This document shows positions 35,677 to 47,200 of a DNA stretch of 64,000 bases, piece after piece (position 1 is the stretch's first letter; every line of letters begins with the position of its first letter). Location of the stretch: IMG/VR virus record IMGVR_UViG_3300009104_001827, positions 147,118 through 211,117 of that record; one strand, 5' to 3'. The position numbers were made by a program, and so were the translations under genes. The notes under the pieces are model-generated. The model searched no databases and was not told the DNA's origin. It was given only the letters and a program-made list of their open reading frames with translations.

Positions 35677-36621
35677 TTACATTATTTCTATAATGGCCCA
35701 AAGGGCCGTAATCGCCATTGCTGCAATAATTAAATATTTTTTATTAAACTTTTTCTTCTCAGGCTTTGGATCAGGTTCTGGATCAGGTTCTGGATCAGGT
35801 TCTTTCTCCTCGGACTTAACGTCTAGATAATAGGGTCCGACGGCATTAATGATCGCATCCCGATATAAAGAATCCTCCATGAAAAAGTACCCTTTGTTCC
35901 CGAACCATCGCCCCCAGCTATTTTGAAACTCCCAATATAGCTTCCCGTCAATCTCCTTCCAGCCAATCATCGACACTGCATGCCCACCGACAACTTCGGA
36001 GGACAAAAACTTATCAGAATTCACAACGCCCGTGCTGTCGGTTTGAAAAAAATGCCTTCTGACCTTAATCGACGTCCATAGAGGCTCTTTTAATAAAGCC
36101 GACTTAATCCGGTCTGTATCTCCCTTGGGAATTACATAGTATCCATTAATCTTATACTTAAGCGCGTTCTCCGGAGCCTCAGGAGACATGGGCGCCCCCT
36201 CCTTGCGGAGGTCTGGCCAATATTTCTCTTCGCAGCACCCTTCTTTGACCAGCCCCTTGCATGCGCCACGGATGGTCGTGCCGGAATAATCTTCTCCCGG
36301 CCAAGGGTCATATAATTGCCCTTTTTTATAAATCCACATAGCACTAGGCTCCTTGTCCTTGAATTCTTCCGTCGAACCGTAAACAACGCGGCCGCTGTGG
36401 CCAACGCAAGACCCAATTGACCCTTGGTTCTTGACGCGAGGCGTAAGGTCGCGCCTGGAAAACTCCTTTAGATCAACCTCTCTGGCTCGCCATATCCTTG
36501 AAGTGATCCAGTCTCTGGAATCAACGGGGGCATCAGGCACGTTTAATTTACATCTTCCGAAATATTTAGCTCTAGCTTTTTGCGCTATCCAACTTCCCGA
36601 TAATATATTTAAGTATTTCAC
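35677..36621 (-). CDS. Papain-family (C1A) cysteine peptidase with Pro-rich linker and C-terminal TM anchor
   Basis: NQGSIGSCVGHS, GGHAV, QNSWG..FG.KGY; EPDP repeat; hydrophobic tail. Confidence 0.88.
   Translation of the reverse strand: MKYLNILSGSWIAQKARAKYFGRCKLNVPDAPVDSRDWITSRIWRAREVDLKEFSRRDLTPRVKNQGSIGSCVGHSGRVVYGSTEEFKDKEPSAMWIYKKGQLYDPWPGEDYSGTTIRGACKGLVKEGCCEEKYWPDLRKEGAPMSPEAPENALKYKINGYYVIPKGDTDRIKSALLKEPLWTSIKVRRHFFQTDSTGVVNSDKFLSSEVVGGHAVSMIGWKEIDGKLYWEFQNSWGRWFGNKGYFFMEDSLYRDAIINAVGPYYLDVKSEEKEPDPEPDPEPDPKPEKKKFNKKYLIIAAMAITALWAIIEIM
35767..35802. repeat. 12-bp x3 coding repeat (EPDP linker)
   Basis: tggatcaggttc x3. Confidence 0.85.
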
Positions 36622-37285
36622 TTCTCAGTATGTCCTCTTTTCCAAATCTAAATGCATGTATACCTCTCTTTACACTTTCCCTGTCGTTAAACAGGTCAAA
36701 CATGGCCGGAAATCCACTCTTTCCATTGATGTCGCTCTGCATAAAGTCTCCACAAATAAACAATTTGCAATTCTCCCCAATTCTAGTGACAAGCGTCGTA
36801 AGCTCCTTATAGGTAAAGTTTTGAGCTTCATCTGCAATTACGATCTTATCCTTCCAGTTTGCTCCTCTAAGATAATTTATCGGCATTGCAGAAATTCTGC
36901 CACTTTCAAGCATTTCCCTTTTGGCAGTATTGTTTTTAGGAAGCATTTCATAAAGCTTGTCCTCCAGTGGCGCCATATAGGGATTGAATTTTTCATCTAT
37001 ATCCCCAGGCAAGGCCCCAAGCCCCTTTTCTGCGCTCTCAATGACTGTGCGGACATATAGTAAATCCATCTTATCTGACGCACTCAAAAGCCTCAACGCA
37101 GAATAAACTGCCATATAAGTTTTAGTGGAGCCCGCCGGTCCGGCGACAAACATTATCTTAGTATCATCGTTGAACGCGATAGACAAAAACCTTTTCTGCC
37201 TATCCGTCAACCTTAGTGAATGGATATGAACGCTTTGTGCCAATTGTGGGATAACAAAATTTTTTTTAGACTTATCGTGAGCCAT
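36572..37285 (-). CDS. phoH: PhoH family ATPase
   Basis: GPAGSTKT, LGALPGDIDEKFNPY, YLRGANW, DEAQN, TRIGENCK, GDFMQSD. Confidence 0.93.
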   Translation of the reverse strand: MAHDKSKKNFVIPQLAQSVHIHSLRLTDRQKRFLSIAFNDDTKIMFVAGPAGSTKTYMAVYSALRLLSASDKMDLLYVRTVIESAEKGLGALPGDIDEKFNPYMAPLEDKLYEMLPKNNTAKREMLESGRISAMPINYLRGANWKDKIVIADEAQNFTYKELTTLVTRIGENCKLFICGDFMQSDINGKSGFPAMFDLFNDRESVKRGIHAFRFGKEDILRSEILKYIIGKLDSAKS

Positions 37286-37301
37286 TAGCTATATATGTAT
37301 A

Positions 37302-37327
37302 TACACACTACAGAACGATAAAGTGTA
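37302..37327. promoter_or_regulatory. Back-to-back GTGTA motifs at a divergent junction
   Basis: TACAC 37302-37306 (16 nt before phoH ATG) and GTGTA 37323-37327 (10 nt before ATG 37338). Confidence 0.6.
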
Positions 37328-37337
37328 CTTATATATA

Positions 37338-37544
37338 ATGAAAGATACCAGAGATATACTGAGCTACCTCAGCAATAATCTTAATGGGTACGAATCTACC
37401 ACTTGGCTTAAAGCGGAAAATGATCTTCTCGACGGGCTCTCGCCCGCAGATATGATACTTGACGGCGAGGCGAGAAGGGTTGGTAGGATTTTGCCGAAAG
37501 AGATAAAGAGAATTAAAGCTAAGAAAAAACAGAAGAAGGCTTAG
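37338..37544 (+). CDS. Stand-alone MbcA/ParS/Xre antitoxin C-terminal (toxin-binding) domain
   Basis: TTWLKAENDLLDGLSPADMILDGEARRVGRIL matches the WL..PN..L.G..P..L...G...V..L signature. Confidence 0.7.
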   Translation: MKDTRDILSYLSNNLNGYESTTWLKAENDLLDGLSPADMILDGEARRVGRILPKEIKRIKAKKKQKKA

Positions 37545-38259
37545 GCATTAGTTCCTTAGGCCAATATTCGCTCAGATCTAGAGCGGATTTGAAGCCTGTG
37601 GGCGAATGAAGAGGAGCCTTCCTGATTCTGGCAATTATGCCCGGCTTCTGGGCGAATGGTATATTTTCATCTTTCCTAATTTCTGAAATAGATAGCTCCG
37701 CATATAAATCTATTAGACGGTCCCATTGCTTGTGCATGGATTCAGCCTTGCTTAAAAATTTTTCAATTAATAATTCCTTGGGAACATTTATAAAAATTTC
37801 ACTACAAATCAAATCGTCTATTAGATGATTTAGCGGCACCCCCTCAGGAATAGAGCTTTCACCGGAGAAAAATTCTATTGCGGTAACCTTATGCTTGTCA
37901 TCGAGATCTTTAATTATGCCCCTGCCAAATGGGTTGGCTTCAAGAATAAACCGATCGACCTGCCCCCGCACCCACTCCTTAGACGGTTGACATTCGCCGT
38001 ATATGAGCTGCCCAGGTCGAACGCCGTCGGGGTTCTCAAAGAGCACCCCCGTGATTTCCGCTTCGTTCTCTATTTTGACAACCCTTTTTCTGAAAAATTC
38101 ATAGCAGGCAAAAAAGCTAAATTCTTTATGTCTGGCCTGCCCCTGAGGAATTAATCTCGTGCAGTTTGAAAACAGTCCCCGGGTAATGAAGCCTGCTTTT
38201 GATAGAAAATGCACCTCTACTACGGTGTTGCTCAGAGCTCCATATAATATGTTATCCAT
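37519..38259 (-). CDS. Hypothetical protein, possible fibre assembly chaperone
   Basis: Directly downstream of the giant fibre gene; C-terminal IRKAP...L..YWPKELMPKP resembles tail-fibre-assembly tails. Confidence 0.5.
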   Translation of the reverse strand: MDNILYGALSNTVVEVHFLSKAGFITRGLFSNCTRLIPQGQARHKEFSFFACYEFFRKRVVKIENEAEITGVLFENPDGVRPGQLIYGECQPSKEWVRGQVDRFILEANPFGRGIIKDLDDKHKVTAIEFFSGESSIPEGVPLNHLIDDLICSEIFINVPKELLIEKFLSKAESMHKQWDRLIDLYAELSISEIRKDENIPFAQKPGIIARIRKAPLHSPTGFKSALDLSEYWPKELMPKPSSVFS

Positions 38260-38269
38260 AATTGTATTA

Positions 38270-41200
38270 TTAGTCAGTATCTACTTTATTACCAGTATCT
38301 TCCCAGGAATCTTTCCATTTTGCAGACCCCAGTATCGACAGGAAAAGTTCCCCGTTGGGAATTATGGTTCCACCAGGAAGGGCATTCCCTATCTTCTCTT
38401 CCCATGAATCACATATTCCGCGCATTCTAGCCAGGCATTGCGAGTGCGCAGCCCCACCGATGTAAATCACTTCGCAATCACCATCTACGCCTGCGGCCCC
38501 ATATTTATCGCAGTATTCAGTTGTGATTTCAATTAGGTCTGCGTCCGTAAATCCCGGATGGCCTTTATATGGGCCGCCGGGTTGAAAAGTGTTGCTATCA
38601 CTATAATTCGATGCGACCTGCGGATTTCTAGCGAAAGCTTCAGCCTCCTCTTGGGTGTCAAAATAATCGTTGGGAAATATTGACATTGTTCCCGCTAAAT
38701 TACTGCCCTCCCGGACGCCAGCGGCGCCTTGGTGTTTAGAATTATCATGTGATCCGTCGTAATCATCAAAACCAACAACAGGTAATTTAAAAGTTCCACC
38801 CCCACTCTTTACCCACCAAGGGGGGATATGCTCACCGTCCACGTGGGGAAGAGAGTGGTTAGTATACGGAAATACCGAGTCACCCACTGGCGTACCCCCC
38901 CAACGGCCGTCAGGATTATAAGCATTCCACGGGTTCGAGGCGCCGACAACATACGAAGTTCCGGCACCAAGATGGGTAGTGAATTCATCGGACGAATTTA
39001 ACCTAAGAAACGCCTGACATTCGTAAAGCTCCCCCTTCCACCAAGCCCGGTCCCCCGGGTAATATTGCGTTCGCGGAGTCATCGTGACGTATATGTCAGC
39101 ATTATCTCCCGCGCCCTCAGGTTTCCCTCCTTCACTTAGTTCCCAGCCTCCATAATCCCAAATTCTCTCGAGATTTATATTCTCCCATAGCCAATTTCTT
39201 CCAGCAACCCATTTTCTCGTCTTATGATCGTACCAGGAAAACCCTAGTTTCTCCCTTTCTTTTGCCCTGCGTATCACCCAGTTTATCGCCGCATCGCGCG
39301 AAGCAAACATTTTAGACCCCCTACAGGTTATTGATACATCCTCAGAGTCATAAATATCCGTAGAGCCTTTCAGTATGTTGTCGCTTCCTGCTTCTGCGTT
39401 TATGTACCATTTAGTAAGCTCCTGCTTGTTTCCGGAATCTAGGTAGCTCTCTGAATAAAACGCGCCCTTCGCTCCAGTCAATAGCCAGCCCAGGGAATCC
39501 CCATTTTCACCAATGTATTCCCACTTGTTATTTGCTCCGCCAGGAGCATCATCTCCTGTTCCGTAGCCAGATGCACTTCCCCCTTCCTCATTAAATCTCC
39601 ACACCTTCCAAACGCCGCCGTCTTGGGTTTTTACTAAATCCCCCCTATAGTAGCCGGGCGGGGAATATGGACGCACCTGACAGCCGCCCCATGCCCCCGG
39701 TTCTAAGTTGTTGCCGAAACCCCAACCCGACATTTGAAGGGAGGGGTGGAGCTTTCTAAGTAATCGTTCCCATGACTTTTTTCTTAAAAGGGGCTGGTCA
39801 TAAGCCTCACCCAACCACATCGGGCCATTCGAGGAATCCGGAAGGAACTGGTTGGTGACTTTCTTCGCTCCGGACCAGTCCACCTTACCAAAAGCGTCCC
39901 CCACCTCAGTTGGGGGTGTGTTTATCGACGAATTTGCGCCCGCATCCACGTCCGCTTGCGTGGCAATACGATAGTCTCCCCACATCATCGGATGGTCCTC
40001 AGCACCCCCCATCGTTGACTCCCCGGGTACGTTGCGATATATGGGGTCCAACACGGTAGGAGATAATCCATCACTGATCTTGTCGTCATATTCCTCCTGC
40101 CACCTAGATTTACTTTCGCTAGGCGGGGGAAAGGGCTCGTAGGAGCCCAAATGCCAAAAGGCATAAATTGCGCAGGTATCCCACGCAGCTCCCACACCAT
40201 GACTGCCGCAATTTTTAGCCAAGAACAGATCTCCATCAGACAATATTACGTCTCCCGCGCAGTGAGGAAGGCTGGCGTTAGTATAAGCGCTTCTATATAA
40301 GCTTTCTCCTAGTGGTCCAGATCCAGCAGGTTGGGCGGCAGTTCCAGGCTCGCTCGCGTAATACGGCCGATACATCGCAGGCAAACCATTAGTCATAGTT
40401 TCCCAGTCGGCTGCAGACACTCTTCCATATTCCCCCCACGTCGGCCTCCAGTCGAACATTCTCCAGGGATGAAAGAACATTATGGAATTGTAAACATTAA
40501 AAAGACCCCAATCGTGGCCAACTTGACCACCGTACCAAAGGGCATCTGCACTAAGAACATTCCATCCGCTTTTCTTGGCGATAAAAGAGGAATCTCCGCG
40601 ATGCTCCAATTCGCCAATACCCAAACCTAGTTCGCTGGTCCCCGATGCGAAGTTCAGCATGTATTGCCTAATCGAGTCACCGGCACCCGTGGGCCAATAC
40701 CCATTGGGCAAGTCAAAAGTCCACTCCTCCCACTCCTCCCCAAACTCATCGACCCAATCGTCAATAGTCTCGTGAAGCTCGCCATTGACCCACTCCCGAT
40801 CCCACCCAGGGAAAACCACGGTATATCTCTTGCCCAGTTCAATATCTTTCGCCCATATTATTTCCGGGGCATAAATCGTCGATGCCAGCGGATTATATTC
40901 GTCAATTTCCTCCGCATTTATAAACCTTTCGGCAAGTTCAAACCTCAATTCTCGATTATGTCTAGCCGTATATGGCCTATCCTTCCAATTCTCAATCATA
41001 TCTTTGGCGGAATAAAGCGCGAATTTCTCAGGATTCTGGTCAGCGCCTTGATTATGAGAAGTGCAACCTCCGTCGCCGGGAGTGCCGCCGTCGGAAACCT
41101 GATTGTCGGGCCCTCCGTGATGATTGCCGATGACCCAATGCGGCTTAGTCCCTGCCCCGTCCTCAATACTGCTCTTCCAAACCCCGGTGGTCCCAGGCAT

Positions 41201-44200
41201 TGTGTCGTCCCCCCTTATACCAAGGCCTCGATTGTAGTTGTCTGTCGCAGGATCACCCCAATCACCCCAATCTTTAGCCCAGTCGTGAGGCATCAGCCAT
41301 AGGTTTCCTTTATATATAACCCTATCACCATGACGATACCACGTAGAACTGTCCCAATCAAGTATTTCCTGAAATAAATCCGTCCACCATGATTGAATAA
41401 ACTTGGTCCCGGCTTTCGGAAAATCTCCATATTTTATTGTGCCGCTCGGAATGTCGTTGTATGCCCTCCATAAGCGACGGTTACGTTTGGGGCTACGATG
41501 ATCCTGAATGGATATTATATCTCCGGCGGATATATCATTTTCCCACAACCAGTTCATACATTCCCCTACGGGGATATTAGTTAAATCCGTGACCGCCAAT
41601 TCATTGTATTGAGAACTTCGTTTCGATTGAGAGCAGTAGGAGTCCATTTGATTTTCTCGCCCACGCCAGGAATGGGCCTCATCGGGCCCAATCGTAAAAT
41701 TATTCATTCCGTGCCTTTTGAGTTGGCCGTAAGCTTCCATGACATCTGTCATCGGGCCAAACCCAAAGTCTACCGCTCGCTGAGGGAATTTATAAAAACC
41801 AGCATATCGATTGAGCGAGCCCGCTCCCTGTTGAGCAAGGAAGGCTAACCAATGCTCGTAATTAGAGATTCCGGGGGCGGTATGTGGAGCCCCCTGCGAC
41901 TGGCGTCTGTGCGGTAGTTGATTACCGGAAGAAAAGACTTGTCCCGCAAGCGTAAAGGTAGGATATGAACCAAAATTGACGCCAATCCATACCTCTAATC
42001 TCTGTGTCCAATCCCACCCTTGGCGAAGCTGATTAAGAGCAAAAACCCAATCCCAAACGCTATAACCGTTGCCCGCATCCAAGCCTTCCAATTGTTCTGC
42101 CCCAGCGGGAAGATACCTCTGCCAGTAAGTTGGAGAGGGAACCTCACGGTTAATAAAAGTATAGCCTTGAGTATCAGTCAATTCTATAGTTTCTTTATTA
42201 TCTGAGGTTCGTTGATTCCATCCTGGAACATCGAATACGTCAAATTCCCCCAATCCGGAAAAGTTGTCGGGTTGTCGTTGATCAAGGCCCGCTGAATAAT
42301 TTCGATAATCCACCGCAAGGGACACCTTGCCAGCCTTGTCGCCCCTGTCTGCCCATGCCAGCGCGCAATGGCCGCCTATTTTTTCGGCGAAACCCGTGTA
42401 AATTTGGCTATGACCAATGGAGGTGGCGTAACCTCGCAGGAACCTTTTATACGGATCGCCGCCCCACTTTTGGCCCAGCTCCATTGTTTGGTGCATTATG
42501 CCTATCTGAGTTCGCCACCTGTGCTCCTTTTCGAGGCGGTCCACAGACCACATACTACTGTAACCAGTTTTCCCAGCCCCGGCCCCGTCTTTATCGGGAG
42601 CTATGTATGTGCCGTTAGGAATGGGCGCACCACCCTCAATACCTCCTTGACCCTCTTCCACCCTCCAATGCATTCTATATACTGTTCCACCAAAGTTGAA
42701 CCTATCGCCGGGCTTCAAAAATGTATAATTATCGTGAGAAATTGCATCGCCGACCAAACCGTGATTGTGATACTTGCCCAATTTGGTCATGGTGTTGGAG
42801 TTCGGATCCAACCAACCCCAAGACACATTCTCGCCGACGCCTTGGTTTTCTTGCCCGACAAGCAAACTGAATTGCGACTTCCAACTTTGATGAGCCTTAT
42901 CCCCGAAGGGCAAAGACCACGGGTCGCACATCCAGGCCCCAAACATGGCGGTTGAGGGGAAATTTATCCTTCTATACTCCAAATGACCCTGCAAGAGCAA
43001 AGAAAATACAGAGTCAGGTATTACCTCCGGACAACCTTGAGTAAGCGCTCCGGTCTGCAGTCCCAATATTTTTGTCAGACTCCCGCGTCCTGACGCCGCA
43101 GTAAGCCTTGGGTTCTTTGGTTCGTCCTTCACTCCAAACTGAGAGCTCTCAGCTTTAGTGGTATCAAAATCGCCAACAATCCAAGCATCATCATTAAATC
43201 TGTCATTGAAATTTCCGCCGAAAATAGAGTAGCCGAAAGTGTACGCCAAAGAATCTCCAAACGAGCTATGCAAGCCCCAAGTATCGGTCGCAGCCTCTGA
43301 GTATCTCTCAATTTTGGAGTATATTGGCCATTTTATGTCAGGATGATACTCTCCTTCATTCCCTGCGGTTGCCATATCGGGCACCTCGGAAATGCTACCC
43401 GCCGGCTTCCAGCTGTAAGTTTCGTCGCCAGTAAACCGGTTCATAAATTTAAACGCATCAAGCGCGCCTCGGGGGTGGTGAGTAGGGAGTGCTGGGGCCC
43501 ATTGGGAAACGCTCATCTCCCCCATCACTTGCCACCAATTATACATGCCATCAGGAGGATTTTGTGAATTATTCGCATGATTCACTACGCCGGGAAAGTA
43601 ATAATTGTTCCATCCGTGCTCAGAAGCATTAGAGAATAAATCGATCAAGTCCAGTTGACCTGCTGTGGGCCATGATTTAAAATTGAAGTCCCGTATAAAG
43701 CTCGGCGCGAACGGATCTAGTGAACCCCACCCGCAGCTCGCGTCTCCCCACGCTAAGCTCACTACATGGGAAAGCATGTTCGTCCAGGTGACAGTTATAC
43801 CGGTCGGCGCATTGGAGCCAGACACAAAACTGCCCAATAGATTATGGGTAAAATCTATATATTCGGTGTCGAGCAAATTCTTCTCATTCACTATATTGGT
43901 ATTACTGTCGCCATAGAATGGGTTGACAGATTCTCCGAAAATCGAACCTGCCGTCCCGAGATATTCGTTGTCTTGCCCTCCATAATATAAATACATAGTC
44001 CCTGACCCCCCATAATCGACTTGACTGGTGACGCCGACGCCCGCATGGTCAAGGTCTAGGTGCCACCCTGAAATTCTTTCGTCGGCCCAGGTTGACGCAT
44101 TAGTTCGAAGGGAGGTATAGCTCTTTCCTCCAATAATATCCCCGGAGGAATCCGGGGCATACATGACCTGGAAGCCCTTGGAAAATAACTCCCCGCTCTC

Positions 44201-47200
44201 GTTTACATAACTAATTGTTGCCCATCTATCAAGCTGCCATTCCCTGTAAAAATATTGAATTGGGTTAACATTAATCATTGACGCGGAGGACTCCCTCCAA
44301 TACAATTCCCCAAGAGAACTGCCAGGTTCAAAGGAAAAGAAATGGTCTTTAATACATTGGTAAATCGTGCCTTTATGAGTTACAAAATCAGGTTCGCGAC
44401 CAATAAACGCAGAACCCGCCTGATCGGCATTGGACCCTGCTACCATATCACTACCATAACCGTGATGAAATAGTGTATTTGGTTGCCCGTTTAGGAGCTG
44501 CGAATGCCCAGAGGGAAGGCTTGTTCGGTATGATTTGTTTGATACCCATGCGTCAGCCAATCGATTAATTTCCGGGAGAACCTTGTCCCGAATATCCTTC
44601 GACCCCTTACGACACAACTTGCCATCGATAAATTGTGGCCACTTTCGAATTCGCCGCTTGGGTTTACTCCAAAAGCCAAAAGAATCCATAAATACCTGCT
44701 TTGCAATAATAGGCTCACCCTCTCGACCACTTGCGTCATCAAGAATTACCGCAGGAGCCCCCTTGAACGAGTAATTCTCTAAATAAGGACGCAAACCAAC
44801 GCCCCCACATTTGTATGACCTTCCTTCCGATATAAATGTCGCACAATCACCTTGTAAAGATATGAATTCTACATTTGGAAAAATAAATTCGGGGCCATCC
44901 AAAAATTCAGATTCCAATCCGAGCGCATTCCCAAGTGAGCGCCCCTCATATTCATCCCTATCAGAGCCCGATATTTTATTCTCACCCGTTCCAAAAAGAT
45001 TTCCCGATTGAGAAAGAATGAGAGAATTATTACCAGAGGCGGCGACAGCGATAATCTCGTCTAGTTCCACGGCTTGATTGTTGTTATTACCATGAGAAAT
45101 TAAATGCGGTTTTATAAAGATTTCCCTAGTGCAGAAATGCGTGTCACCGAATGCTTTTTTATATAATTTGAAATTTGCAGTGCGGGGCATTTTAATTTCC
45201 GACGAAGGAAAAGTGTGAGTAGCACCGTCGTTTGGCATCATTCCTAATTTTCCCAAAGGGAACCATCCAGACAAACCCGTCGACCCAAGTGTGCCACCTG
45301 CGCCATTTTCCTGATTAACAAGGGCATGCATCGCCTCACCAATAGAGCCAAACGTGAGAACCTCCACGTCAGGCTTCTGCCATTTCCCTAATTTGTTGGT
45401 ATCCGCCCAATCCGACTTGAGCGTTTCAGGGGGCAGAGTCTCAAGTCCTCCGTTCTCCGTTATGCTCGGAATGGATATTTGGAGATGCTCCTGAAGTAAT
45501 GTACCTTCTACGCCTTCGCCGGGGCCGACGTAAACGACATGAGAAACGTGGTCTATCCAAACCCGACTTCCGGGCTGATAAGTTTTACCATAGGCCCATT
45601 TTTCAGGAGGTAGTGCCGGTTGCTCTATTGCGCTCCACGAAGGATCGTAAATTGGGTTAAGGCTAGAGGGGGCGGTGCCCTCTAACTTATAAAAACCTTT
45701 GCCGGACTCCCTGCCCAATCTATCGCCTAAATCGAAATCGCTTTCGATTCCCCCGGTTTTGTTTCTCCAATCTATTTGCTGCAGGGAATTGTCCCCAACG
45801 CCGAACACTTTGCCTGAGGCAGTCCTTATTAGAATGTGGTCGGAGCCAGCCTCAACTTGCAGCGCCTTATCAGAGCCATAATCCTCGTGGTCGTATAGCG
45901 TATGAGGCTCGGGAGTAAGAGTTGTACTGCTAATCTCATCCTCTATATCTGCCAGCGAATTTGTGCTCAGGTCATAGGTTTTAGTGATCGCCTTGGGTGC
46001 GGGCATCGACCATTTTTTGCCGTCCACTCGCTCAAGGGATTCGCTAAAGCCTATATCGCTAGTATTGTCGTCCTTCATGGAAACGAACACCAGAGTACCG
46101 AAAAGGTCATCTCCATCAGCGACCTGAGCGGTAACAATGTCGCCCTCATTATAGGAAGATTTCGATATTGTACTGCCTTGATATTCTGGGTCCTCACCCA
46201 TGCCGGCAGCCGCAGTATAATCGAAAAACCCAGAAAACCCGCGTGGCGAATACTTTATATGATTTTCCCAACTTCCGATGCCAGGCAAATTGGACCCGTA
46301 AATGGCGTCGTTATCAAGTATCCAACCCGCATGAAAGACAATATCCCCACTGTCATGAAATTCTTCGTTCACGGCCGCACCACCAATTTCGGCAGAAAGC
46401 AAATACCTGAATTTTCCCTCATCGCCCAGTAACCCCCATCCAGTTGGCTGACCCCAGTCATATTCCCACATGTAAAAAGTGTGATACCCTTGAGCAAGTA
46501 CGAGCGGTGGATCGAGGTCCTCATGATGACCTCCCCCATTATTCTCGGGCCACGTCCAAGCGCTCGCTGCCATCACTTTGTCCTGATCATAGCCCGTACC
46601 TGTTTCTCCAGCAACGCCATCGGCATAAGCTCGTACGTCAGGAGGGCCGTCATCGAGAATCGACCACACAACCCTATGGTCATTATACGAAATCATCCCG
46701 TATCTTGTTTGAACAATAGTGCTCCAATCTCCAGCGGTTCTTGCATCGGTCGTTTTTCCCGGAGAATACATAACTCCCCACCTTCCTTGGGTCAAAATCT
46801 CAGGCTTAATAGTTCTTAAAACAATCCCAGAAGAAGGTCTTACGTATATATGGAAGAAAATTCCTGAATCCTTCCTCCAGCCGGTCCCAGTGCCGGTAAA
46901 AGCTAGTTTCCCTACGATCTCTCCGTCAATCACGGGGAAGAGGGCATTCCCTACGCCATAATTTTCCGCATTAGACGATATTTCAGTAAAATCAATATCT
47001 ATCCCGCTCATAAAACACTCGAAGCGCTCGCCGTCCTCCTTCTTAGTTTTCTCTGCGTCAGTAATGTAAATCCATTGTCCGTATTTAGCGGTATAATACC
47101 AATTGCCGCCGGTTTTGCCCAATGACGTCAGCTTATTGTTTGCAGCCTGGGAGGCCCTGGCAAGGAAGGTGTGTCCTAATATCGGGTCTTCCACCCAATC

